Shown here: piece by piece, positions 1 through 64,000 of the stretch
Numbering within the stretch: position 1 is the first letter of the stretch
How the letters are laid out: each line of letters opens with the position of its first letter
NCBI GenBank assembly: GCA_032718475.1
Contig: JAUCBJ010004967.1
Coordinates: forward strand, 15,463-79,462
Length of the DNA: 64,000 nucleotides
Source: Nemertoderma westbladi
Lineage: Eukaryota > Animalia > Xenacoelomorpha
Reading direction: 5' to 3'
Translations under genes and position numbers: made by a program
The notes under the pieces: model-generated
Told to the model about the DNA's origin: nothing
What the model saw: the letters and a program-made list of their open reading frames with translations, nothing else
Database searches by the model: none

Positions 1-186
1 GATAAACAATCCCCACTCGAGAATGCTGGAAATGTATATGTGCAATATACAATACACAAAATCTAGGCATGAAATTGTGAAGACAATGATATGATATGGA
101 AACAGAGTGCCGTAAACCTAAAGTACCATGTTTTACACTAGACAACACTGATAATCCAGTTTACAACAAACTCTTAAATATTTCAG

Positions 187-53437
<53,251 letters not shown>

Positions 53438-54054
53438 GTAACAATAGTAATATTTTTAAAATTTATCAGATTTAATCACGGTTTATAAAAACTATTTTAA
53501 ATAATTTAATTATCAGTTTATCGCATCCATTTGCTTCTTTAGTGATCTATTACCATATCACATTTCATGTGTTTTTTAGTTTTTATGTGAATACTTCGCA
53601 TAAAGTTTTCAGATTAGGGGGAAACTGGACGCAATAAAAATTCATCCCTCTCCAGGGGGAATTGGACGCAAATAGCAGTTGATTACTCTCAAAAATATAA
53701 CTGTAACCTGTTTTGTTGCTGCACGTGTGAACTTAGCCTTTTAGATTACTTATTTTACTAATGTTAAGCTCAAAACACCATTTTATATTGATAAAGTCGG
53801 TTACGATATAATATTGGTTATTTCTATCGAATTATTCTCTAGTAAGGGTTCTTATGCCATCTAGTGCTATTATACCCATATTCGAACTAATTTGTTCAGC
53901 CTGTTAAGCCTCAAATGGAATACGTGATGACTTATTGGCTATACTCCTTACTGATAAGCTGGTATATAAGTGCGGTTGTTCTGTGATTTGATTTACTCTT
54001 TTTGTTATTATTTGACTACTACTAGGATCGGCATGCTGCATTGCAGCTGCATTT

Positions 54055-56310
54055 TTAAGAATGCTGTGCCGGCTTGTCAACAAAATTGCACCGCCACAAC
54101 TCCCTATCACCCATGACATTTGCCAGATCATCCGCATCTTTAAGGCCAGTGTCCTTTAAGATGCGTCTCAAGAAAGTCATGGGCTGTCCACCATGCTTAT
54201 TCACTCCATGAGGCTGCCAAAGTACAAGATTATGCACTGGCTGGTCCTCACGGCGAAAGCAATGTCCTGCAAAGCGGAGGCGATTTTGTTCTAGTGTCAA
54301 GCTTGGGGGAACCAATGAGACACCTCCAATGTTATATAGTGTCTGGTTGGAGATGTGTGCATTGTACTTGACACAATGAACCCGGCGTAGCATTCTTGTG
54401 AATGTGCCATCCAGAGATTTGGTGTCCTCAGCAGTTAGAGCCCAGCATGGACTCCCGTAGAGGAGTACTGGAACTACTGCTGCTCTAAATAATCGGACCT
54501 TAAGTTTCCGATTAATTCTCGGTGACTTCCAAATCCTGGAAATCCTATTCAAGGCTGCCCATGCCTTTCCCTTACGTATTCGAAGGTCCTCACCTGACTT
54601 CCGGATCCATGATCCCAGGTAACAGAAGTCGTCCACATGCTCAAGCATACCATCCTTTGAGCTTATGCTCATCCGATCAGAGACTTGCTGAGGACTTTCA
54701 AAGTTAACTGTCAGAATTTTGGTCTTTCTGGAGTTAATAAAAAGACCAACACTAGAAGCAGCATGTTCTAATGAGCTGAGGAGCCGTTGGGCTCCCTCTA
54801 ATGATTCTGAGAGTACTCCTAAGTCATCAGCAAAGTCTAGATCAGTTAGGTACTTGGCTGGATTTCCTCGAATTCTGGAGCCAGTAGGTGGAGTTATCAT
54901 CACTCCATTATCATTATAATGATCTAAGGACATGCGTAGAACATAGTCAACCACAATAATGAACAAGAATGGTGCAAGTGTGTCTCCTTGGAGGACGCCC
55001 CATAACACTTCAAATGGTTCTGTGTCACCATCAACAGTAGACACAAATGTTGTCGAACCATCGTATACTGATCTGATTGCTGCAATAATTTCATCAGGAA
55101 TCCCATATAATGAAAGTATGCTGAACATACGTGAGCGAGAGACTGAATCAAAGGCCTTGAAGAAGTCAACAAAGATAACAGCCAAATGCCTGTCTTTCTT
55201 TTTTGATAACTCTTCAATTATCCTTCTAAGTGCCAAAATGGGCTCCATGGTCCCACGACCTTTACGCAACCCATTCTGATTTCCACGGAGCAGTCTCTCA
55301 ATGGGATCCCTGATGCGATTTAATAGAATCCTATTGTATAGCTTTGCAGCAATCGAGATCAATGAGATTCCCCGAAAAGAACCATAGAGTGTTAGGTTGC
55401 CCTTCTTGGGAACAGGCACCAACTTATTTGTTTTAATTTCTTGTGGGACTCTTGTTGTTCGGTACATGTCTACTATGATGGGATAGATGAGCTTTAAACA
55501 CTCAGGTATTTTAAAGACCTCAGGGGGAACACCATCTACTCCACTGGCACGATTGGTCTTAATGCTCTTTGCAGCAGTCTTCACTTCTGCAAAGGAGATA
55601 TCGCCAATGGGAATATCTGGGAGTACAGACTCAGACACTTTTACTTCTATAAAGTTATCAGGCAATACCCTGTCATTATTGAGGAGCTTTTCAAAGTGGG
55701 CTTTCCAACCATTGAGGCGATCGGCTGGTGATTCAGCCTTAACCTTGGTGGTTGGTTGGCTTTTCCGCCCAGTAAGCAGATTGATCGATTTCCATGCCTG
55801 GGATGATTGCCTGCTGTCGTCAGCATCATTGATGGCATCAACCTGTTGGTTTATTAGCTCCTGTAGATTAGCAGAGTACTGCCTGTTCAGGGACCTAGAT
55901 GCAGCCTTAACTGCATTCTTGGCCGCTGTAGTCTGTTTGAGTCGGGACTCTTTCTGCGCCTTATGAAGGTCATTTCGGCACTTCTGAATTTTGTTGTCAG
56001 TCCAGGGGGCCCTTTTCCTGTTTCGAGGGTATACAGGAACTGTTTCTGCAGCTGCTAACTTAACTGCTTCTGTAAAGGCAGTATAGCCCTCACAGTGATC
56101 TGCCGCCTCAGAGGCAAGAGCCTCATACCTGTTGCTCAGCTGTAGTGTGAAGCTGGATCTCACACTTGGCTGTTGCAACAGAGAGGACCAGTCATGCCGC
56201 GGCAAGGCAGATTTCGTTGTTCTGCTAGCACGCAGACTAAGTCTTACCTTGGCCACAATAAGGCGGTGATCACTGGAGAAGGGTCGAAGTGTAAATGCAT
56301 TACAGTCTTG
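54055..56310 (-). mobile_element. Young 5'-truncated RTE-clade LINE (end of APE domain + complete RT, open 733-aa frame)
   Basis: SDH endonuclease end; PKKG..FRGISL, DFFKAFDSV, GVLQGDTLAPFLF, LDFADD, YLGS and RLRFAGHC motifs; no stops. Confidence 0.93.
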
Positions 56311-57094
56311 TATAGAGCTCCTGTATTTCCTACGAAACAGAATATATTTGACTATATATATGATATATCAGAATATATATAATATATTTGACAGAAGAAG
56401 TCGTATTGCCCATGCAGAGGCACTAATCCCCGATCAGGTTTAATTGACTGGTGGTTATTACAGGCCTAAGGTCTAAACTTAAAGAGTTAATAATTTAATT
56501 ATTATTATTATTATTGGATATTCTACTTGTAAATTCAATTTGTCATTATTATTTGCATAATATATCGCCGATATTACGTAATCAAGGAGGTTTTACACGC
56601 GCCACAACAGGTGGGTTGCTGTAACTAAGTATCAGTGATAATCTGGACAATTGTATCAGATTTGTGCGTTGTCATATCTCTGACTTACTAAAAGTTAATA
56701 TATGGCGATATTTCAGACCATTAATAATATATATATATAACCAAAGCTCTCATTATTAATTACATCACGATTGAGAGTTGTCACAAATTGAATACTGTAG
56801 TGATATCAATATAATTAGACCAAAGACTTGTCACAATACGTTTCCCCTAAAGGGAAACATAATCACCAGACTTGAGTTCTTACAGAATTAATTAGTCAGT
56901 CATTTACTTGTTATACTTGTTGTCACACCCTCCCGGTATCATATCTCAGTTAAATACAATAGATAATCAAATACCGTATTGAACTAAGTGAAATATAGAG
57001 CAAATCAATGCATCGAAGGGAAAAAGGGTAAATAAACAGATAAAGTGAGCGGCCCTCGGTCACAGGTATCACAAGGTGAAAGTTCCCTTGTACA

Positions 57095-57375
57095 CCTCAG
57101 TCTGGATGGCGCAAGGATATTCTTTAAGGTTGGTGCGCGGCGAGTTACAACTTCCAATTTATGACTATTCCAAAAAGATTTTGTCATTGAATGTTCATCT
57201 AGAATTGTGGAATGTTTTGAAATAATCACCTTGGGGTTAGGTAATAGAGGGTCATTATTGTGTACATAGAAAAGTTGTTTCTTTTTATTCTTTCTAGGCT
57301 TGTCTTTTTTTACTTTAAGGGCTTGAAACTGCGTACTGACTGCTGCAGAAGCAAATTGTTGAGCAACAATTTTCT
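57095..57375 (-). mobile_element. Penelope-like element fragment (RT thumb/linker before GIY-YIG)
   Basis: PLLPNPKVIISKHSTIL..F...VVTRRAPTLKNILAPSRL fits the PLE linker pattern II.KHW.IL...V.YRR..NL.DILV.S.L. Confidence 0.6.
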
Positions 57376-58704
57376 GATTTTCCGACAAAAACTGAGAATT
57401 GGAGAGGGAGAGTGGCGGTGCCGGTTGGAGGCTTTGCGGCCGGTGGGTTTGGGTGTTCTCGGCGAGGCGGTGGTCGGTGGCTTTGGGCTTGATGTTTTCG
57501 GTCCTTGGGAGTTGTGGGGATTGGGGATTCGCGGATTTAACGGGCTCATTGGTTGCTGGGGTAGTATTGTTGTTTGTAGTGCATTGATTCTGGAGTGTCG
57601 TTTGTTTGGGGGAGATGGAGAGAGCTGTCGAGGGCTAGTAGTAGAAAAGTGAATTTTTGGTGATTGATCATATGAGTTGTCACTTTTTGAAGTCTTAAAA
57701 TGTTATTATATATATATGTATATAATAATATATATATATATGTGTGTATATTCAATCAAGATATGTATATGTGTTCAATCAGGATATATATTAATATATA
57801 CATACATCTATTCGTAGGTCCATGTAGAAGGTGGCTTAGAGCACATAAATGAAATGAACTGTATTGTGTTTTAATTGTAATCGTTGTCCTATCAATACCA
57901 GTATTTACACCACCCCCCTAGATGTACCCCTTTCAAATCGCGTGATACCTTGACCTTGGTGACACATTGACAAGATATATATTAATAACTATAAAAAATA
58001 AATCTCAGTGATCTACTACTTTAACTCACTTCCATCTACGCCATTACAACTTATACTAAATCTAAATCTTATTCAAAAGGCTAATATATGGCTCTACCCT
58101 ATCACCGCTTACTATTTTCTAACACTTACTACCCTTACTACATTCTACTCTATTACACTTCCCCCCCCCCCCCCCCCCCCCCCCCAACCCCACAACCGAT
58201 ATTACCTCAAGCCATGTACCTTTTCAGGTGAGCAGCCGTCCACTAGCTACGCTATTTGGCTGCCCTCCAAACCCATTCGAATTTCTCCTTAAAAAAGTGC
58301 ACTTTGTTGCCGTTATCCCAACACCAGGGGGGAAAAACGCCGATGCTGGAGACGTGACTTTACAGACCACTGAGCCCCGGCCAGTCACCGGATATTGATT
58401 TTGGAGAAGGAATGATTTCTGAGATGCAGGGTTGCGGTTGAGAAAAAGCTGCATTAGTTGGATATACTCTTTAATGTAACTGAACTCTGTTGAACCTGGT
58501 CAACAATATTGAACCCTGATTAAGAATAATTTTGGGCTTCCCCAAATCAATATACACCAAATATTCACAATAATTATACACGATAATATAAATCCCTACG
58601 GTATATTATTTAATTACCCACTGTTCGCTCAGATTTTAGCCTACCTAATGTTCCCCAGATTTTCCCTTGGTCCTAGTCTTAGTGCCGTAGTGTCGGTGTC
58701 GGTC

Positions 58705-59600
58705 GACCCTGTCGCGTGTCCGTTCCACCCCTCACGAACCCCGAAGGGAACGATCATCGAGAACCAGCACGGCTTGGCTAAGGGTCGGTCCAGTCGGTAG
58801 ACTCTGTCGCGTATCCGTACCGCCCCTCTCGAACCCCGAAGGGATCGGTCATCGAGAACCAGTACGGCTTAGCTAGGAGTCTGTCGTGTCGGTGGACCCG
58901 TTCGCGTGTCCGTTCCACCCCTCACGAACCCCGAAGGGAACGATCATCGAGAACCAGAACGGCTTGGCTAGGGGTCCGTCGGTTCATCGCAGAAACCCAA
59001 CCACCTAGGCTTTCCGAGTCCCTTTCAGGCTCGTAGTCGCTTCGGCAGCCGAGAAACTGCTCCGAACAGTCGGTAGGCCAGTAGAGTCTAGTCCTTTGTC
59101 TTTCGACCCCATCGCGTGTCCGTTCCACCCCTCACGAACCCCGAAGGGAACGATCATCGAGAACCAGTACGGCTTGGCTAAGGGGTCTGTCGTCGGTTCC
59201 CGTCGCAGATCCCGGTACAAGCAGTCAGCGTTCCGAGTTCTTTTCAGTCTCGTAATAGCTGCCGTTGACCAGAGACCGCTAAGGGCAGTCTTCGTCGAAC
59301 CCGTCCTGTGGCCAGCCCTTTCGCATGTCCGTCCCACCCCTCGCGAACCCCGAAGGGATCGGTCATCGAGAACCAGTACGGCTTAGCTCAGGGGGCAGTC
59401 GTTAGTCGGCCACCCGTTCGCGTGTCCGCTCCACCCCTCACGAACCCCGAAGGGTTCGATCATCGAGAACCAGAACGGCTTGGCTACTAAGGGGCTGTCG
59501 TTTCCCGTCGCAAATCCCTGACACAAGCAGTCAGCGGTCCGAGTTCTTTTCAGTCTCGTAATGGCTGCTGTTGGCCAGGGACCGCTAAGGGCAGTCCTTG
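58705..59600. repeat. Array of six ~82-nt GC-rich hairpin repeats with variable spacers
   Basis: Units at 58705, 58800, 58894, 59105, 59315, ~59409; core CGTGTCCGTTCCACCCCTCACGAACCCCGAAGGGAACGATCATCGAGAACCAGTACGGCTTGGCTA. Confidence 0.9.
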
Positions 59601-60071
59601 TCCTTTAGGCCTGGCGCATTACCAAATCCACCCCTACAGGCAGCAGGAAGTTGGCCAGGGCCTAATAGTACTCAGGCTAACCTGAATACTGCTTGCATTT
59701 TCCATCCCCCCCTGGCCCTTATAACTATGAAATTATTCCCGTACCCTGTAAGTTGCCCCAAAGTTCGCCCATAAATCGCCCCCAGTTTATTGAATGTGCC
59801 CAAAACCCATGGTCCCGCACCCAGTAGTAATATCGGAATAATCAATTTTAAATAAAATACAAAAATATTCAACTCGCGTTATGGAAAGTTGAAATACCGC
59901 GAACAGTCCCCCCCAATGACCTTCGTGAAGTCTGTCGGTCGATTGAGTTTGCGTAGGTCATTCCCAATATAAAAAACCCAAATTTAATATTGCATAGTTT
60001 TTTAATTAATTTGGCCTAGAGTTTGTATAAAAATAAATGTTCGATAAATGTTCCTGGAATATCCCGATCCA

Positions 60072-62672
60072 CTATTTCTTTCTCTGATACGCCTTTCGTC
60101 TCTTCGCCCGTCGACTCTCATCGATCGCTATGGCTGGTAGAGGAGCGTCAACATCCATTGTGAGTAACGCTTCGGCTTGTCTCCTGGCGGCTCTTCCTTT
60201 CGAAGGCATAGGGATCATGTCGGTTCGTCTTTCCAACTCAGATTTGCGTGCCTCTAGGAACCACTCTCCGTCACCGAACTCCTCTTTATACGAGTATAAT
60301 CGTCTAATGACTTCAAATGGACCGAATAATCCGGCGCTCAGTAGCAGTTCCACGTAATGGAAAGGTAGCGTGGCCGACGTGTGGAGGCGTTCCGGGAAGG
60401 AGAAATACCCGCACGCCATCTCCTGCGCAATATTCCGAGCGTTTCTCCGAACCTTGGTCTTTAAGTGGCTGTTTGCGTATGTTTCAAACATGACCATATT
60501 TCCCATAGCGGTAACGTCTTTGGTTGGACATTTGATATAGCAGCGGGGGCTAGAGGAATGTCCACGGAAACCGCACGTGGTGCAGAGGTTATATAGGATC
60601 GGACAGACGGAAACGTCGTGGCCCGAAGTCGCGCAGTATGGGCAATAGAGTATCCCGAGGAGCTGGAGGCATGAATCGGTAACCCGATTCCTTCTACCGC
60701 GTGGGCACTGCTCCGAACCACAGTCGCCGCATACCTCCAACTGCATCTCTCGACCAGGAAATATCGGAATCGGGACGCCGACGTGATACTCGAGTCGTCG
60801 GTCGCTCTTCGGAATATTCGCGGTGGTCGGTAGCCCGCGGAATGCTAGGCTTTTGCGTAGTAGGTTCTCGCTCCGATAACCTTCTTTGTGTCCCGCTGGT
60901 CTCAACTCGGATGACCGTTTCTGGCGGTGGATCCATTCAGTTTGCTCGGCGTACCAACGGGTTAGTCGCATAGGGTCCTGAGGAACGGCGGGTGTAGTAG
61001 CCACCGCTGGTCGGCGAAGAGGTGCCGGGGTTTTAGACGGAGGGATACCGAGGAGATCGTCGGGGGTCGGCGCATCGCTGGGGCCCTCCTCGATCAGTAT
61101 CGCTGCGCGGGTCCGTTGGTGGCTGGTACTCGGAATCTCCGACGACCAATCTTCGCCACCCGGGAAAGGATACGGGGATAACCGTTGGCATATGTCGCCG
61201 AAGTCGCTCAATGCAGCTGTAGTGGCTACCTCCCTCGCGGGGCTACCGGAGCCGCGTGGGGTGTAAACGCCTGCTCTCTTCATCGGTTCGGCCGAGGCAA
61301 CCCGTTTGGCGGCCGGTCCATACGCGGCCTCCGGCTCGAGTTGTCGCTTCGGGGTGGAGAGTAGAACACCCTCGTTTAGCCATATCTCTTCCCCTTCCGA
61401 AGAGATCAGAGGCTCCTCCGCACCGAGAAGTTCGGTAATCGTAGGGATGTCGTAAGGTCCGCTCTCGTCCCAGGAATCGATAACGGCGAGCGTTTTAGTC
61501 TCTCCCGGTGCGATGTTCTCGACCGCTTTGAACGCGTGGTGTATGACCTCGTTCCAGTCGTAGTCGACGAAGGAAAGGGGGACCGCCGTAATAAGGTTAT
61601 CGAGAGTTTTACAGATAAACTTAGCGACGGTGTAGCACTCCATAACGACGTAAACGTAGTTCCGTCGATCGGGATTCTCCCACCTTTGGTGTATCGTCCA
61701 CTTCCGATCAACGTCCTTCCATCGACCCTCTCGCTCGCTCTTTATTTCTAATCCCGGGTATCCACCGTATATTTTATTATAGTCCCGGAATTTCTGGGGT
61801 TTGAAGTCGATACCGCCGTTTAGCACAGCGAGGTAGCCGATCCCGGATTTCGTCGGTCTCACCTCTTGGAATCCTCGCATGAACTCGGCGAATCGTAACC
61901 AGGCTAGTAGCGTTTGAGTGTCGATGCAATGGCTAAGGGCGTTGAGGTCGTCTCGTCGGTTTCTTCCTGCAGGAGCGTTCGCGTAGTCGTTCCGGACGTC
62001 CGCCTTGATATCCGACCCGATTTTAATGACGTCGAAGTCGAAGAGGATCTTTTGGATTTCCGGAGGCAGCAACCAGATCGCTCCGGCTGCCTGCACTTCC
62101 TGTCTGGGTGTCGGGAATATTCGGCACACCAGTACCAAACCGTCCAGGGTTCCGAGGACGACGACTAAGGATCGACCGTATTCTTTCGCCCCGTACTTTT
62201 CCTGGTAGTCGTCTCGGTTCTGGATAATCGATACGCGTTCCTCTCGAAGCGTCGCCGTACACTCCGACAGGTTTCCCCAGTGGGCGAGGTACGTACTCTT
62301 GTCGTCGACGAAACTTTGACATCTCGCCAACGTAATCGCTTTCGAGGTGGGCGTCGCGTTTCCCTCGTTGTCGTAGATCAAACATCGGGATCTGTAGACG
62401 CTCTGCCGGAACGTTTCCCAAAACGACGAATCGTCCCCTCCGGTTGCCTTTGCGTTCCGAGTTCTTTTCAGTCTCGTACTAGCATCGGCTAACCGGAGGG
62501 CTCGTAGATTCTTGGAATCCGGTCCCTCTCGCCCGGTGAATTTAATGACTCGCACGTTCTCATTTAGCAGGGTGCTCCAATTTGTATCAAAGTCAGGGGA
62601 TCCAGGTTGCGAATATTCCAGTAGATCTATCGTGTTACGTAATTCGCCGATAATTTGGCGATTTGGGTCCAT
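60072..62672 (-). CDS. Intronless 866-aa protein: DEDDy/WRN-RNase D-like 3'-5' exonuclease-fold domain + low-complexity linker + CCHC zinc knuckles
   Basis: ATG-to-stop ORF in GC-rich DNA; LLPPEIQKILFDFDVIKIGSDIKAD..CIDTQ fits WRN/EXD motif II; CPYCATSGHDVSVC (Cx2Cx4Hx4C) and CTTCGFRGHSSSPRC. Confidence 0.75.
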   Translation of the reverse strand: MDPNRQIIGELRNTIDLLEYSQPGSPDFDTNWSTLLNENVRVIKFTGREGPDSKNLRALRLADASTRLKRTRNAKATGGDDSSFWETFRQSVYRSRCLIYDNEGNATPTSKAITLARCQSFVDDKSTYLAHWGNLSECTATLREERVSIIQNRDDYQEKYGAKEYGRSLVVVLGTLDGLVLVCRIFPTPRQEVQAAGAIWLLPPEIQKILFDFDVIKIGSDIKADVRNDYANAPAGRNRRDDLNALSHCIDTQTLLAWLRFAEFMRGFQEVRPTKSGIGYLAVLNGGIDFKPQKFRDYNKIYGGYPGLEIKSEREGRWKDVDRKWTIHQRWENPDRRNYVYVVMECYTVAKFICKTLDNLITAVPLSFVDYDWNEVIHHAFKAVENIAPGETKTLAVIDSWDESGPYDIPTITELLGAEEPLISSEGEEIWLNEGVLLSTPKRQLEPEAAYGPAAKRVASAEPMKRAGVYTPRGSGSPAREVATTAALSDFGDICQRLSPYPFPGGEDWSSEIPSTSHQRTRAAILIEEGPSDAPTPDDLLGIPPSKTPAPLRRPAVATTPAVPQDPMRLTRWYAEQTEWIHRQKRSSELRPAGHKEGYRSENLLRKSLAFRGLPTTANIPKSDRRLEYHVGVPIPIFPGREMQLEVCGDCGSEQCPRGRRNRVTDSCLQLLGILYCPYCATSGHDVSVCPILYNLCTTCGFRGHSSSPRCYIKCPTKDVTAMGNMVMFETYANSHLKTKVRRNARNIAQEMACGYFSFPERLHTSATLPFHYVELLLSAGLFGPFEVIRRLYSYKEEFGDGEWFLEARKSELERRTDMIPMPSKGRAARRQAEALLTMDVDAPLPAIAIDESRRAKRRKAYQRKK

Positions 62673-63224
62673 ATTTACGATTATATCCGTTACAAATTAG
62701 ATCAGTTAATTATAAGTCCAGAAAGTCTGAAACTATAGCGATAGCAGAATAATTCAGTTTTTTATTTAATTCAGTTTATTAATAACATTGCTATATAGGC
62801 ATCTATCATCTTATTGCTAATACATTCAGCATTTACAGTTACTATAACTATACATTAATATCCAACCAGTTTTTTATGACTTTTTTGTCCTTTCTTTTTT
62901 CCAATTCTTTTCTTTAGACCTTTTTTATACCTTTTTTTTGTCTTTTTTCATTTCATTATTATTTCATCTCATTTCATTTATTTCCACATATATTTCAACA
63001 TTTATTTCCACCATTTATTTCACATTTATTTATTTCCACATCATCATTGGGTTTATAGCCCCCCGGCTATCATCATTTGTTATAAGCGCAGCACCAGGGT
63101 GCGCATCATTACATTTTCATCAGTCATACGCGTCATCATTCAGGTTTATAGTAGAGTTGTCTGATCCTTTTCATCGTTTCCAACTATATTCAATCATTTT
63201 CTTTGGTTAATCTTTGTCGTGGAA

Positions 63225-63650
63225 GGGGTGTTACGCGGCAATCTGGGATCTACAGCTGGACTCGTTACACCGCCTACGCCCCAAACTGCGCACGTAACGG
63301 ACAATGAAGACGCTGGGAGTGAAGTCACGTGGATGCACCAGGGACCCACCAGAATAACACTCCCAACAACATAAAGCTCAGTCGACGAAGTCATGTGGGA
63401 TGGGGTTACGCAACATTCTGGGATCTACAGCTGGACTCGTTACACCGCCTACGCCCCAAAATCCACGCAACGGTCCCACCAGAATAACGCGACTGAGAAC
63501 ATAAAACCCTCTATCGTCGAAGTCATGTGGATGCACCATGGACCCACCAGAATAACGGGATAGAGGGGGTGTTGCGCGGCAATCCGGGATCTACAGCTGG
63601 ACTCGTTACACCGCCTACGCCCCGAACTGCGCACGCAACGGACAACATAA
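63225..63650. repeat. Three imperfect ~170-bp GC-rich direct repeats upstream of the 866-aa ORF
   Basis: GGGATCTACAGCTGGACTCGTTACACCGCCTACGCCC occurs three times. Confidence 0.85.
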
Positions 63651-63659
63651 CATACTGCA

Positions 63660-63930
63660 ATGAATACAATGAATTCCACTTCAAATCTTTTCCATTTCCA
63701 ATAATCCAATATCATTGGTCCCGATGACCAAAATCAGGGTAAACAATACATAAACGACCCTGCGTCAGTCGAAACATCTGCAGGGTGATGCTGGACTCCA
63801 CATAACACACGAGGAAACACAAATACCATTGCGTGGTTACAGTTGGTTTAAGGGGGGTCCATAATTCGTTGTCGATAAATCACAGTTTAAAAGAGTTTGT
63901 CAACATGATGAGAAGGGTTTAAACGCATTT
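63660..63930 (-). pseudogene. Possible degenerate SGNH/GDSL esterase remnant
   Basis: Frame-broken ..MFRLTQGRL..TLILVIGTNDI (block III GxND-like). Confidence 0.3.
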
Positions 63931-64000
63931 GTCATTGTCACCGATGTCTGCAGCAGGATCTTGAGTAGGGAACTTATCACCTCTCGTAGAGTCACCGCTA

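Noticed and set aside
58705-59600. Canonical CRISPR array or a known ribozyme class
   Set aside because: Repeats are ~82 nt with irregular, partly duplicated spacers and no cas genes. I could not fit hammerhead, HDV, twister, pistol or hairpin cores, so it is kept only as an unclassified structured array.
53438-64000. Further exons of the mucin-like gene
   Set aside because: No Cys-rich, PTS or cassette-like exon with a compatible phase was found; the gene probably continues beyond the window.

Overview
AT-rich, intron-rich animal (probably invertebrate) genomic DNA. Most of the window (187 to at least 53437, + strand) is the middle of one very large secreted glycoprotein gene of the SCO-spondin/hemolectin/gel-forming-mucin (VWF-D) class. 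I traced 41 GT-AG exons that splice in one open frame (about 5970 nt, about 1990 aa; no start or stop in the window). Domain order: VWD(D2)-C8-TIL/E-TIL/E(D')-VWD(D3, GDPH)-C8-TIL/E-6xLDLa-TIL/E-Pro/Thr linker, then five near-identical four-exon cassettes each encoding a ~142-aa divergent discoidin(F5/8C)-like domain, then a (PPGTPS)16 mucin-type exon. The introns contain 17-bp and 34-bp satellites, many MITEs, a non-autonomous piggyBac, SINEs, LINE fragments, a decayed MULE transposase, Penelope-type minimal hammerhead ribozyme motifs and a degenerate BEL/Pao LTR element. After 53.4 kb come a young 5'-truncated RTE LINE, a Penelope fragment and a GC/CpG-rich island (58.7-63.7 kb). The island holds an intronless 866-aa DEDDy-exonuclease-like/CCHC-zinc-knuckle ORF, and downstream of it an array of six ~82-nt hairpin repeats with compensatory changes whose spacers copy a 27-nt segment of the ORF. 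That island is the best candidate for an undescribed system. All assignments come from reading motifs by eye; no searches were run.
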